This document shows, piece by piece, positions 1-12,922 of a stretch of 64,000 nt of DNA. This DNA is from Squalus acanthias (lineage: Eukaryota), in the NCBI GenBank assembly GCA_030390025.1, contig CM059431.1:106890001-106954000 (forward strand), in the 5' to 3' direction. A program made the translations under genes and the position numbers. The notes under the pieces are model-generated. The model worked only from the letters and a program-made list of their open reading frames with translations. It ran no database searches and was not told the DNA's origin. Each line of letters opens with the position of its first letter. Position 1 is the stretch's first letter.

Positions 1-1
1 C

Positions 2-1484
2 TGTAAAGGGACAAGGAGGTGGGTTCGACCTCTGTAAAAGCAGTTTGGTTATTGCAGTTAATTACACTGTCTGGGGAACCGGGATGACCTCACTCAAGCC
101 CCAGCAGACATTAACATTTGAACAATAGACCCTGGGAGAAGACAGTCCCACCCAAAATACAGGCCCCATCAAAACCGATTACAGGGCCCATCAGAAACAT
201 GCATAATAAAACCCATTGAGGACCATTCTATAGAAAGACCGAGTCCAGCCTAGAAACCCAAACACGAAATCAATCACCAGTGATCAACCAAGGAGATCGA
301 CAGGATGCAAGCCATCCCAAAAGCCATTTGACACTTACAAAGCAGTTACTGGTAACAGGCCCGCCAAAATCAGACAATGAACTGAGCAGATTTGGCAGGT
401 AGATAAGGCCATGTTCAATGGGTGAGATTGAAGGCCTGTTAAAAATACCAGTTAACACGCTAGTAAGTCGTTACCGATTAACGAGCCCACCAAAACCAGA
501 CAATGAACTGAGTAGATTTGGCGGGTAGATAAGGCCACTTCAATTCAGTATAATTGAAGGCCCGTTAAGTAGTTCAGGGTGGTCATCAGAAGAAGAAGAA
601 GCAAGGAAGAAGACAAGCCGAGCTGGAAGCGAGTCGGCATCGCTCACCACTCACACCTGAGTCCAGCTCATGAAGATACCACCTCGACGGACCTCCAACA
701 ACGGTCCCAACACAGTCACCCGGATCAAAAAGCAGCAACAAGTCACCGACGGCTCCATGAGGTCGACCGACACACCTACCAAGGCCTAAAACCATCGCAG
801 AAACCAAAGGCCTCAAGAAACCAACAATCGCATATTACCCCCAACTGACCGGGTAATAGCAGGCCACCGCGACCAACAAAGACCAACTCAAGGGAAGAAA
901 AACCCGAAGAACCGCAAAGTTTCCACTCTACAATCTACTCCTGACTTACCCCTACGTAAGATTTTCCCAAAGACTCTAAACCCTACTGCTAAACCAAAGA
1001 AATTGGGTACTCACCAGATAGATCCAAAACGACATCCTACCGCATCAGCGGACTCGCGAAGACTGATCAGATACGCAGGTGAAGTCCTCTACCGCGTACG
1101 GGGTACGGCAGACACTAACCGCCATAAACAGCGAACCCCAAAACTGCGATTTAGCCCAACTGTCAAAGGATTGGTGAGCATTATCCCTGGTCCTTCAAAA
1201 CCTAACTTAGCTAGTAAAGTGGGGTTGGGAGGGGTGAAGTATTGTTCTACTGTCATTTCCCTTGCTTGTACCGAAGTGTTCCCCACCTTTAGAGTGTTAA
1301 GAGTGTTATTATTTGTGTCTTACCTTTTAATAAAGATTGAAGTTCTTTTCACCAAACTCAGTTGTCTGCTGCACCTTTTGTCACAACCCCCAAATAAGTC
1401 CAAGGTCTAGAACCAAGGTAGTGGGAGCGATTCGAACCGCTCAGAAGTCAGAGGTGAAGCTGACACAAACCGCCACCCCCTACA
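2..1484 (+). mobile_element. Probable solo LTR (5' end may lie outside the window)
   Basis: Begins TGTA at 2 and ends ...CCCCCTACA at 1484. AATAAA near 1329 and an internal ~90-bp tandem duplication (~365-450 vs ~492-570). No PBS follows; TSD cannot be verified at the window edge. Confidence 0.45.
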
Positions 1485-1904
1485 GCTTATCGCTGATGTC
1501 ATTCATTGACTAGTATAAAGAGGCATTTACTTGTAAATTCATAGGTATGCTGACCACCTCAGTTTGACTTTTGCCCATCCTGCATTGCAAAGTCAAAAAA
1601 GTGTTCTATTAATGCTGAGCCCAAGATTGACAAACCTGATTCTTATGCAGTGACAGGCAGTCTTTAATGACAGGCAACCACAAGGCTTGAGCATGTGACC
1701 ATTTGGTTAGAAGGCAGACAACTTTTCTACTGGGACATTTTAACAACATTATTTTTCACATTGCATAATTACCTGACATTCTTTTTGTCAGTAGAAGATT
1801 TTATCATGTCACTCTGAATGAGAGAAGCATTGATTAAACTGTTAAGGAGGTTATCTCCTTAAAGAGGACATAACAGCAGAGTGTGGGGGGGGGAGAGGGG
1901 GTGG

Positions 1905-4105
1905 GGGGCAATTTTCAACTACAGCTCACCTGAAAAAACGGGCGACCGACGGAGAGAAAATCAGGCGGGCAACGTGGGCACCCCTTTGATGCCTAAAGCC
2001 TGCCTGATTCAAACACCAAGCAGGCCTTTAAATAAGCGGACCATCGCTCCTGGCCAAAAACAGGTGGGAGGAGGCTGTTTAAATATGCAAATCGGGGTAA
2101 TATGCCGGTTGTAGGACCCCGATTGCCATTTTCATATCATGGGCGGAGCATGCACCGTGCACGCTCGGCCCAGTTGTACCAGGTGTGAGCAGTCTAACTA
2201 GTGGTCGTTAAAGGTGCTGGAGAAACACTCTTGCATAACAAGACAGTGGCTCACTGCCAGCCCATTCTTGCACCCACCCCTTCAAGATCGGCTTGCCCCT
2301 CCCCCCTTCATCGCCCAACAGGCCCAACCGGCCAGCTGACTCCATGCAGAAGTCATCTGACTGTTGGCCTTCCAAAACCGGAGCCCATTTGGTGCCCTCA
2401 GATCATAGAATGGTCACAGCACAGAAGGAGGCCATTCGGCCCATCGACCCCGTGCCAGCTCTCTGCAAGAGCACTTCAGCTAGTCCCACTCCCCCGCCCT
2501 TTCCCCGTAGCCCTGCAATTTTTTTTTCCTTCAGGTACTCATCCAACTCCCTTTTGAAAGCCACAATTGAATCTGCCTCCACCACCCTCTCAGGCAGTGA
2601 ATTCCAAATCCTAACCACTCGCTGCATAAAAAGTTTTTTCTTATGTCGCCTTTGGATCTTCTGCCAATCACCTTAAATCTGTGTCCTCTGGTTCGCGACC
2701 CTTCCACCAATGGGAACAGTTTCTCTCTTTCTACTCTGTCTTGATCCATCATGATTTTGAACCTCTCTATCAAATCTCTTCTCAACCTTCTCTGCTCTAA
2801 GGAGAACAACCCCAGCTTCTCCAGTCTATCCATGTAACTGAAGTCCCTCATCCCTGGAACTATTCTTTTAATCTTTTCTGCACCCTCTCTAAGGCCTTCA
2901 CATCCTTCCTAAAGTGCGGTGTCCAGAATTGGACACAATACTCCAGTTGAGATCGGATCAGTGTTTTATAAAGGTTCATCATAACTTTCTTGCTTTTGTA
3001 CTCTATGCCTCTATTTATGAAGCCCATGCTTTTTTAACCGCTTTCTCAAACCTGCTCTGCCATCTTCAACTATTTGTGCACATATACCTCGAGGTCTCTC
3101 TGTTCAAGCAGCCCCTTTAGAATTGTACCCTTTAGTTTATATTGCCTCTCCTCGTTCTACCTACCAAAATGTATCGCATCACACTTTTCTGTGTTAAATT
3201 TCATCTGCCACGTGTCCGCCCATTCCACCAGCCTGTCAATGTCCTCTTGAAGTCTGTCACTATCCTCCTCACTGTTCACTATACTTCCAAGATTTGTGTC
3301 ATCTGCAAATTTTGAAATTGGGCCCTGTACACCCAAGTCCAAGCCATTAATATATATCAAGAAAAGCAGTGGTCCTAGTACCGACCCCTGGGGAACACCA
3401 CTGTATACCTTCCTCCAATCCGAAAAACAAATGTTCACCACTACACTGTTTCCTGTCACTTAGCCAATTTTGTATCCATGCTGCCACTGTCCCTTTTATT
3501 CCATGTGCTTCAACTTTGCTGGCAAGCCTATTATGTGGCACTTTGTCGAACGCCTTTTGGAAGTCCATCTACACCACATCAACTGCATTGCCCTCATCAA
3601 CCCTCTCTGTTACCTCATCAAAAAACTCGATCAAGTTAGTTAAACATAATTTGCCTTTAACAAATCCATGCTGGCTTTCCTTAATTAATCCACACTTGTC
3701 CAAGTGACTGTTAATTTTGTCCCGGATTATCGTTCCTAAAAGCTTCCCCACTACCAATGTTAAACTGACTGGCCTGTAGTTGCTGGGTTTATCCTTACAC
3801 CCTTTTTTGAACAAAGGTGGAACATTTGCACTTCTCCAGTCCTCTGGCACCACCCCCGTATCCAAGGAGGATTGGAAGATTATGGCCAGTACCTCCGCAA
3901 TTTCCACCTTTACTTCCCTCAGCGTCCTCGGATGCATCCCATCTGGTCCTGGTGACTTATCTACTTTAAGTACATCGGTGAAGGTCAAGGGAAGCCCGAA
4001 CCTATAAATGGCATGGACTTCCCGACAGTAGCTTTTGGGGGAGGGGCTCCACAGATACACCGCTGACTTCACATCCGTCTTGGGTCAAAGATAAAAATTC
4101 ACCCC
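1905..4105. mobile_element. Harbinger-type non-autonomous element split by a CR1 insertion
   Basis: Imperfect termini GGGGCAATTTTC...AAAATTCACCCC flank the CR1 at 2403-3975. Confidence 0.35.
2403..3975 (-). mobile_element. 5'-truncated CR1 LINE (frameshifted RT and 3' end)
   Basis: ORF fragments KSPGPDG, NYRPVSLT, DFQKAFDKVPH, GVPQGSVLGP, KFADDT, RVVRIWNSLP; CR1 3' tail at ~2403. Confidence 0.95.
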
Positions 4106-4908
4106 CAACCCACTCCACTGTATTTAAACACGATCTTCATATCACTGGAAATTATTTCGAGTCTCGTCAGCAAAAATTACAAAAATAGAAATTATTGGTC
4201 ATGAGCGTTCTTCCACTATTTCAAGGGTTTTTCTTGTGTTTGGGACTGATGCACATTGATCGATGTACTGGGAGCTTTACATTTCACCTGATCCTGACTT
4301 GAGAGGACAGTACTTGAAAACTGATACTGAATGTAAAATAGAAAAACAAGCCCCAGTGAAATAAATCTGGGCATGCCAAGTAGAAGGTCCTCTGAAAGGT
4401 AAAAATGACGGGGCGGATTTATAGACCTTACGAAACAACCTACAAACGTCAAAAGAACAACAAGGCCGATAAAATAATGCGATCAATTACCCCGCAAAGA
4501 CTCAAGTGTGCTGAACCAGCAACTTCAGTGCTTGGATCACCCATGGAGTGCGTCCTGTGAGACACCGGAAGTACACCACGTGATGGTATAGTTCTCCACT
4601 CACAGGGGCTTCCATCTACTCGTCAGTAAGAAACGTCATTGCCATGAATAAGGAAACACACTGGCGGTCTGTAGCAGGAAAGGATGAGCCAGCACTGGCA
4701 GGAAAAGTTTGCAGAAGCATCAGTTGCATCCATTTCCGTTTCTGGAATTTCCCGTGGCAATGTGGATTGCTTTCCTTCAAGGGTACTGCCTGCATTATGC
4801 CACCCAAAAATTCTCACGATTAAAATACTGATGCGTGCAACTGAAAATATGACCGGATTACTGGCATGCACACTGTCAAAAATCGCAACTTCTACAAGAA
4901 GTAACTCA

Positions 4909-5101
4909 GGAAGTACTACTGGGCGGCCAGCTGGGGCGCTGTCCGGGGAGTATAAATACTCGGGCGTGGGCCCACCTTGGGCAGAGACAATCTGGAAACA
5001 GGAAGCTAGCGACTGCTAACTAGACCGCCATGTTTTGTTACAAGTTGATTAAAGCCTCGCTTTATGTTCAACCAAGTGCGTAGTGAGTCTTTATTACGTC
5101 A
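4909..5101 (+). repeat. Short (~190 bp) LTR-like repeat, copy 1
   Basis: Similar to 5961-6141. TATAAATA box, ATTAAA, ends TTACGTCA. Confidence 0.45.
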
Positions 5102-5520
5102 CACACTATAGATATCTCAGAGGATTCCTCATATCCAAATGGCCAGTCTTGATAGTTCAGAAAAGCGCATCGACTGATGGGATTATTTGAACATCATGTG
5201 GTACAACATAATTTATTTCTCAAAGGTAAAAGGAATGTCAATACCTTCACTGAAATTCGTGTACTCCTTGCACCGGAGTGTCCAGGTGTTTCTTGTGTTC
5301 ACAGTACCTATCACTACAGGAAGGAATCACAGCCACCTGGGGATGTGCAATGTGGGGTTTCGGTCTGGTGTGTTGTTGCTTAACACGTTCTAATGTCAGT
5401 GCGAGGAGTCCCTTGGACCATCATTGTTGTTTAAGCTCTCTTGTTCTTGAAATCACTGAGAAATCTTAGGCTGCATTTCAAATAAACTCTTGCCTTTGTT
5501 TGCAACGCTTGCTGATTTGA

Positions 5521-5905
5521 AGGGTCAGCCGTGGCTCAGTGGGCAGCACCCTCTCACCTCTGGGCTTAGAAGGTTGTGGGTTCAGGTCCCACTCCAGGGA
5601 CTTGAGCACAAAAATCTAGGATGACACTCCCAGTGCAGTGCTGAGGGAGTGCTGCTGCACTGTCGGACGGTGCCGTCTTTCGGATGAGACGTTAAACCGA
5701 GGCCCCGTCTGCTCTCTCAGGCGGACGTAACAAAAACAGATCATCTGGTCGTTATCACATTGCTGTTTGTGGGACCTTGCTGTGTGCAACTTGGCTGCCA
5801 CGTTTCCTACATTACAACAGTGACTATACTTCATTGGCTGTAAAGCGCTTTCAGACATCCGGTGGTCGTGAAAGGCGTTGTAGAAATGCAGGTTTCTCTT
5901 TCTTT
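5521..5905 (+). mobile_element. tRNA-derived Deu-type SINE (SacSINE1-like)
   Basis: Pol III A box GTGGCTCAGTGG and B box GGTTCAGGTCCC; body shared with 44405-45365; LINE-like tail. Confidence 0.8.
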
Positions 5906-5960
5906 TCAGAGCAAATGGGGCGGGCAGGTCATTAAAATGGAGTTTGACATGAATCTTGTA

Positions 5961-6141
5961 TGAAGTAATACTGGGTGGCCTGCTGGTGGCGCTGTCCAGG
6001 GAGAGAATAAATACTCGGGCATGGGCCCGGCTTGCTTAGGACATTCCTCAACAGGAACTAGTAAAGGACACAACTAGATCTCCATGTTGGAAAACAGTTG
6101 ATTAAAGCTTAGACCAAGTGCCTAGTAGTTTTCTTACGTCA
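5961..6141 (+). repeat. Short LTR-like repeat, copy 2
   Basis: TG...CA ends; homologous to 4909-5101. Confidence 0.45.
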
Positions 6142-6694
6142 GAGTTCACGTTGCGTTCCCAGCCGCCGCCATTTTTACTCACCTCAAAATCAGGCCGCTT
6201 GCCCCAGTCAGGCGGGGGCCTACCTTAAATTCAAAAGTCACGACCCGATAAAGCCATCAGCGTTGTGACGCAATTTTTTGTTCAGTAAACTGGGAGGCCC
6301 ACACGGGGCTAAACCTGACAGCCGGACCCGGCCTAGCTAAGTATGTTTATTTGACTTTTCGAAGGATTACTTGTGGGGCAGAAAGGGGCAGCGGTGCTTC
6401 CCCCTTAGGCCCTGCTGGGAGTCCTTGAGCCTCCCTGGACCGGGCCTTGCCTCTCTCTTCACAGAGCTGTAATGCTGCCAACCCTCCCGGATTATCCTGT
6501 AGGCTCCAGGAATTAAAGAATTGCTGCCGTAAGCAACCCTGGAGAAAAAAATCTTAGGGGCCTTAAGGAAAAATTGTGCTTTTAAAAATGGTGATGCGTC
6601 GTGAGCATGGCTGTGTCGGGCAACCAGTGGCGGGTGTGCGGGGGCAGGGCTGTAGGAGGCTGGAAGTCATGTGACAAAACCTCCAGGAATATGT

Positions 6695-7127
6695 CAACAA
6701 CAACAACAACTTGTATTTATATAGCGCCTTTAACGTAGTAAAATGTTCCAAGGCGCTGCACAGGAGTATTATAAGACAAAAAATTTAACACCGAGACACA
6801 TAAGGAGAAATTAGGGCAGGTGACCAAAGGCTTGGTCAAAGTGGTAGGTTTTAAGGTGCATCTTAAAGGAGGAGAGAGATGTAGAGAGGCGGAGAGGTAT
6901 AGGCAGGGAATTCCAGAGCTTAGGGGTTGAGCAATTATAATCAGTGATGCTCAGGAGGGCAGAATTAGAGGAGCACAGATATCTCGGGAGGGTTGTGGGG
7001 CTGAAGGAGATTGCAGAGATAGGGAGGGGCGAGGCCATGGAGGGGTTTGAAAACAAGGATGAGAATTTTGAAATCGAGGCACTGCTTAACCGGGAGCCAA
7101 TGTAGGTCAGCGAGCACAGGGGTGATG
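6695..7127 (-). mobile_element. L2-type LINE 3' fragment
   Basis: (CAA)n tail; PKLWNSLP...FKMHLKTYHF; matches 25200-26200 and 45737-46320. Confidence 0.85.
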
Positions 7128-7294
7128 TCCAACTAAAGTTGCCAACCCTACACTATCAGCATCTCTTTTCAACCGTCTCCCCCCCCCCCCCCCCCCCCCC
7201 CCACCACTAACTGTATGCCAGGGATCATTGGGCCTCCTGTTCTACGCTCTGTGGGGGAGTGCTCGCCCCGCACCTACCTACCCGGCACCAACCC

Positions 7295-7445
7295 ACCCCG
7301 AAACCCACCCACCCCGAACCCCACCCAGCCTGGACCCCAGCAACCCCGAACCCCACCCAACCTGGACCCCAGCAACCCCGAAACCCACCCATCCCGAACC
7401 CCACCCAGCCTGGACCCCAATAACCCCGAACCCTACCCACCCATC
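7295..7445. repeat. C-rich minisatellite (~32-bp unit)
   Basis: Repeats of CCCCGAACCCCACCCAGCCTGGACCCCAGCAA. Confidence 0.85.
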
Positions 7446-8042
7446 CTGCACACACTCCAAGTTAAAATTGGAGCTGTAAAGTTTGTTTAGCTAAACATTG
7501 TTCTTCAAATGTTCAGTTTGACGATGTCAAATCCTTTTGAAAGGCATGAACTACTAATCTCTAATGCGACTGAAATATCTTATTCACTCTTAGCTGAAAA
7601 TAAATCAATACTAAATAAACATATCAAATAAACAACACAAGGCTTTGTATTCTGTGTCAATAACTAATCAAGCTCCTTACCCCTCACAATTCACCTTGCC
7701 TCAGCTGGGCAAAGCTTGAATGGGGCTTGTAGAGATATATCACCTGGGATCTTCAAGATGACAGTCAAGATGCTGGCCATGGGGTAGAAGTTGGTTCATG
7801 TCGGCAGACCGGGGAGAACTGGGCTCAAGGAACGATCGACATTAGGCCCCAGGCCTCATTTTAATAACATTGGGCCTTGGGTCTCACTTTAATTAGACGG
7901 GCGAGCTGCGGACACTTACTGCATGTCACCAGGCAGCTCACCAGCAAAGGGATGGTGAAAGTCGGGCAACTGGCAGCAGCACTCCGGTAGGTTATTTTCA
8001 CCTTTTTGTCTAGAGAAAGACAACATGGTGCTCAGCAAATAT

Positions 8043-11000
8043 TGTAGAATTCGCAATATAATCGCGATTTTATAAATAAGGAGAAAACACATAGTTTCGT
8101 TCAAACAGCTTTATTTCAGCAGAATGCTGTCAGGTTTTCAAAGTGGACACAAGCAGCCTGTAAAATGGCCGCCACGCCTCGTGGCAGAACATTCTAGACT
8201 TTTCGATAAGCAGACAAGATGGCGTTCCAATAAACATTTGTGCGAGATCGATCAAGACTCAGCACATTTGAGATAATACACGAGACATTATGGGTTTGCA
8301 GTATACACATAAATACTGAAATCGGTCTCCCAGGTGCGAATAAGGGCTATTGTACCAAGCGATCAAGAACCCATCCAAAGACATTAATATGCAAAATCCC
8401 CACGACTCTACGATGAGAGAGCCGTTTGCGGGTAGTTACAGAAAACATTTGGAAGCCCCAAAACCCCTCCAGGGAGAATACCGACCGGTTACACATTGGA
8501 AAAGTATTAACAGGTACTCAGACAGTTACGAGTATCCCCGAAACCCATTAAAACGGAGATCACCCTATACAAGAAATTTGAGCGCCAAAACCCTAACAAA
8601 AGAAAAGACATTAAGGTTGGGCGGGAAAAGAAGAGTTTTCGCACTATAACTGTAAGCTGCAACCGTCCATCTTTCTCTTATCCTTTCGACTCCTTGCCGC
8701 TTGCCTCGTGTCTCTGCCTCTTGCAGCTTTTAAAGACTGTTGAACTTTACGATCCGCCAGGATCTGCCTCGTGGCTTGCCGCGAAGATCTGTGTGGAACT
8801 GGGCTGTGAAGCCTTGAAACGGGCACGCCATCCCGAGAAGTCGGTACACGGTGTTGGAATCGAAGGCCTGAGATGAGATGAGATGAGATGAGATGAGAAG
8901 AGAAGAAGACGACCATACATATCGCCACGGTCAGTAAGCCCCGACCGTGCCTGTAGGTCAAAGAGACACTTTCCTTGCCCAGGAAGACCATCTTTGAGTT
9001 CTACAGAACTGGCATCGGAAGACTATTCTTTGAGTTTTATCGAATCAGTGCGAGGGCACAGGAAGACTATTTTTCGAGTCGTGTCGGAACTCCGAGGACA
9101 ACACAGATCTTCATGACAGCAGACGGTCCAGTCTGTTAGCCGGAGCAGAAACGAGTAAACAAGTGGGGTACAGAGACCCCTGATCAACACGTGGGTGATC
9201 AGGTGCTGCGGTGAAAAACATCCGATCAGAGTTTTCGGAATTCTCCGAGTTATCACGAGTGGTGAGCATGAGTCTCGATCCTACAAATCTAGTTTAGAGC
9301 AGGTATTGATAGGGGAGGGTTTAAGTTTTAAGGATAACTGTAATGTGTGCCCCCATTTACGATGTGTCGTTCGTTCCTCGTTTCCCTGAAATTAGTTACA
9401 TAACTGCGTGTAAGATTGTACTGTCATTAATCTGTGCTTATGACATGTATTTCGTAATCTTGAATAATATGCAATAAAGATTTTCCATTTCGTACCATTC
9501 AACCGGGTCTACCTGAGTTTTCTCTCCATTACTGCTCTCGCATCTAAGTCCAGTGTCAGAACCGTAAGGGCGAGTGGGTCATAAGAACATAAGAACATAA
9601 GAAATAGGAGCAGGAGTAGGCCAATCGGCCCCTCGAGCCTGCTCCGCCATTCAATAAGATCATGGCTGATCTGATCCTAACCGCCAATCTACTATCTATC
9701 ACAGAACCATCTCCTGCATCTAACAGAATTGCACACACTAAATAGGAGCAGAATCAGGCTACACAGTCCCTGGGCCCGCTCCACTACCCACAGGGCCATG
9801 ACCGATCCGAACCTAGACTCATGTCCAAATTCCTGCCCGCTCCCCGTAACCCTTAATGCCCTTTACTTCTAGGAAACTGTCTATTTCTGTTTTAAATTTA
9901 ATTAATGTTGTAGCTTCTACAGCTTTTTGTGGCAGCATATTCCATGGACCTACCACCCTCTGAGTGAAGTAGTTCCTCCTCATCTCAGTTTTGAAAGAGC
10001 AGCCCCTTATTCTAAGACTATGTCCCCTAGTTCTCGTCTCACCCGTCATCGGGAACATCCTCCCCGCATCCACCCGATCCAACCCCTTCACAATCTTATA
10101 TGTTTCAATAAGATCGCCTCTCATTCTTCTGAACTCCAATGAGTAGAGTCCCAATCTACCCAACCTCTCCTCATATGACCACCCCCTCATCCCCGGGATT
10201 AACCGAGTGAACCTTTTTTGCACTGCCTCGAGAGCAAGGATGTCTTTCCTTAAGTAAGGACACCAAAACTGTATGCAGTATTCCAGGTGCGGTCTCACCA
10301 ATACCTTGTACAACTGAAGCAATACCTCCCTATTTTTATATTCTATCCCCCTAGCAATGAAAGCCAACATTCCATTTGCCTTCTTAATCACTTGCTGCAC
10401 CTGCATACTATCCTTTTGAGTTTCGTGCACCAGGACCCCCAGATCCCTTTGCACTTCAGTACTCTCCAGTTTCTTGCCATTAAGATAATAAATTGCTCTA
10501 GGATTTTTCCTGCCAAAGTGCATCACCTCACACTTTCCAGTGTTGTATTCCATCTGCCAAATCTCTGCCCACTTACTTAGCCTGTCTATGTCCCCTTGCA
10601 GGTTTTTTATGTCCTCCTCACTCACTACTTTCCCTCCCATCTTAGTATCATCTGCAAATTTTGATATGTTACACTTGGTCCCTTCCTCCAAATCGTTAAT
10701 ATAGATTGTAAAGAGTTGGGGACCCAGCACTGACCCCTGTGGAACACCACTAGTTACTGATTGCCAGTCTGAGAATGAACCATTTATCCCAACTCTTTGC
10801 TTTCTGTTAGATAGCCAATCCTCTATCCATGCCAGAATATTACCCCCAATCCCGTGATTTTTTACCTTAAGCAATAATATTTTGTGTGGCACCTTGTCAA
10901 ATGCCTTTTGGAAGTCTAAATACACTACGTCCACTGGTTCCCCTTTATCCACTCTATATGTTACTTCCTCAAAGAACTCCAGCAAATTTGTCAAACATGA

Positions 11001-11230
11001 CTTCCCCTTCGTAAAACCATGCTGACTTTGTCCTATTAAATTATGATTATCCAAATGTCCTGTTACTGTTTCCTTAATAATGGACTCCAAAATTTTACCT
11101 ACCACAGATGTTAGGCTAACCGGTGTCTAGTGCTCCCAGACTGGCTGGAGACCAGAACAGGCAACAAGGCCTAACCTCGCACTAGCACCCAGGCTGAGCA
11201 CAGAGCCACACAAGGTCAGAAACCCTTACA
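8043..11230 (+). mobile_element. Solo LTR related to the provirus LTR, interrupted by CR1
   Basis: TG...CA with ATAT TSD (8039-8042 and 11231-11234). Shares blocks such as AGCCTGTAAAATGGCCGCC, GCAGACAAGATGGCGTTC, AGAACCGTAAGGGCGAGTGGGTC and AAGGCCTAACCTCGCAC with the reverse complement of 51770-53425. Confidence 0.9.
9580..11120 (-). mobile_element. Young 5'-truncated CR1 LINE with open RT frame (9819-11105)
   Basis: 428-aa uninterrupted RT ORF (DFQKAFDKVPH, GVPQGSVLGP, FADDTK); (CATAAGAA)n tail at 9580. Confidence 0.95.
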
Positions 11231-11284
11231 ATATTCAAAAGGGAGAAATAAGGCACGTGTAGATAAACAAAGAATTACATTTAT

Positions 11285-11597
11285 ATTGCACCTCCCAAAC
11301 CCGCGACCTCTTCCACCTAGAAGGACAAGGGCAGCAGGCGCATGGGAACACCACCAGCTCCAAGTTCCCCTCCAAGTCACACACCATCCTGACTTGGAAG
11401 TATATCGGCCGTTCCTTCATCGTCGCTGGGTCAAAATCCTGGAACTCCCTCCCTAACAGCACTGTGGGAGGACCTTCACCACACAGACTGCAGCGGTTCA
11501 AGAAGACGGCTCACCACCACCTTCTCAAGGGCAATTAGGGCTGGGCAATAAACGCCTTGCCAGCGATGCCCACATCCCAGGAACGAATAAAAAAAAA
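11285..11597 (+). mobile_element. 3' end of a CR1-group LINE (different family)
   Basis: Encodes WNSLPNSTVG...FKKTAHHHLLKGN, followed by an A-rich tail. Confidence 0.65.
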
Positions 11598-12139
11598 ATC
11601 TCTCAGCAATGTCTCAAAGTGCTTCACGTACAATGAAATATTTGGAAGTGCAGTGGCTGTTGTTATGTAGATAGCGTGCGAATCATGGGATGTGCGGTCA
11701 GTCGATCTATTTTTTGATGGTGCAGATTGAGGGATTCATGTTGGCCAGCATAGATTTCTACTAGAAAAGGGATAAGGTACTGGAATCGAATTTTCCTGAC
11801 CTTTGCCCAGGGAATGTCTATTGGCCAGATGCAAAGATCAGGAAAAAGACAACAGAGACCTGTTATAACAAGTCTCTGCCCTGGGATTCCCGGAGCACGT
11901 CCTTTGCCATCATATAAATGAGGTGGGAGGGAGCATCCCTGTCTTTTCTGCCTCACTTTCTTGTGCTTTGGCTGGTTGTATATCCAGACACAGGGGCACC
12001 CGAAGAAGACGGCAATTTAAACTTGGTGACATCTTCAAATCGGGGGATCAGAGGCGAGGGCCAGGCAAAAAGTTTGGAAGGTAGATGTCCCTTTTTTTTA
12101 ATAGGTACCAGGTTGATTCTGGGACCTAGATGCCTTATA

Positions 12140-12708
12140 TAGAATTACATAGAATATACAGCAAGGAAACAGGCCATTCGGCCCAACCAGTCCATGCCGG
12201 CCTTTATGCTCCACTCGAGCCTCCTCCCATCCTTCCTCAACTAACTCTATCAGCATAACCCTCTATTCCCTTCTCCCTCATGTGCTTATCTAACTTCCCC
12301 TTAAATGCATCCATGCTATTCACCTCAACTACTCCTTGTGGTAGTGAGTTCCACATTCTCACCACTCTCTGGATAAAGGAGCTTCTTCTGAATTCCCTAT
12401 TGGATTTCTTGGTGACGATCTTATATTGATGGCCTCTAGTTATGCTCTTCCCCACAAGTGGAAACATTCTCTCTGTAACTATTCTATCAAAACCTTTCAT
12501 AATTTTAAAGACCTCTATTAGGTCGCCCCTCAGCCTTCTCTTTTCAAGAGAAAAGAGACCCAACCTGTTCATCCTTTCCTGATAGGTATAGCCTTGCATT
12601 TCTGGTATCATCCTTGAAAATCTTCTGTGCACCCTCTCCAGTGCCTCTATATCCTATTTATAATATGACGACCAGAACTGTGCGCAGTACTTCAAGTGTG
12701 GTCTAACC
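12140..12708 (-). mobile_element. CR1 LINE 3' fragment
   Basis: RLGLFSLEKRRLRGDLIEVFK...WNSLP and a CR1 tail. Confidence 0.9.
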
Positions 12709-12922
12709 TTCAGGCACGGGGAATCAGTAAAATCAGCACCATAATTTTATTTTTGTGATCAACACGCAAACATATAACAAAACATGATCCGGGAGAGCGA
12801 CTAAATATATTTTGTTATATTTTAAGCTGGTTTTCAGGCAACAGGCAGTACCACAACCAAAGGACCATATTGTTCCCACAACTCATCCTGACTGTGTTAA
12901 TTTGTATAATGTGGAGTGATCC

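Noticed and set aside
5521..5600. tRNA gene
   Set aside because: It is the tRNA-derived head of a SINE, not a complete cloverleaf.
7215..7490. Pro/Gly-rich ORFs or a CRISPR-like array
   Set aside because: This is a simple minisatellite without unique spacers, in a eukaryotic context.
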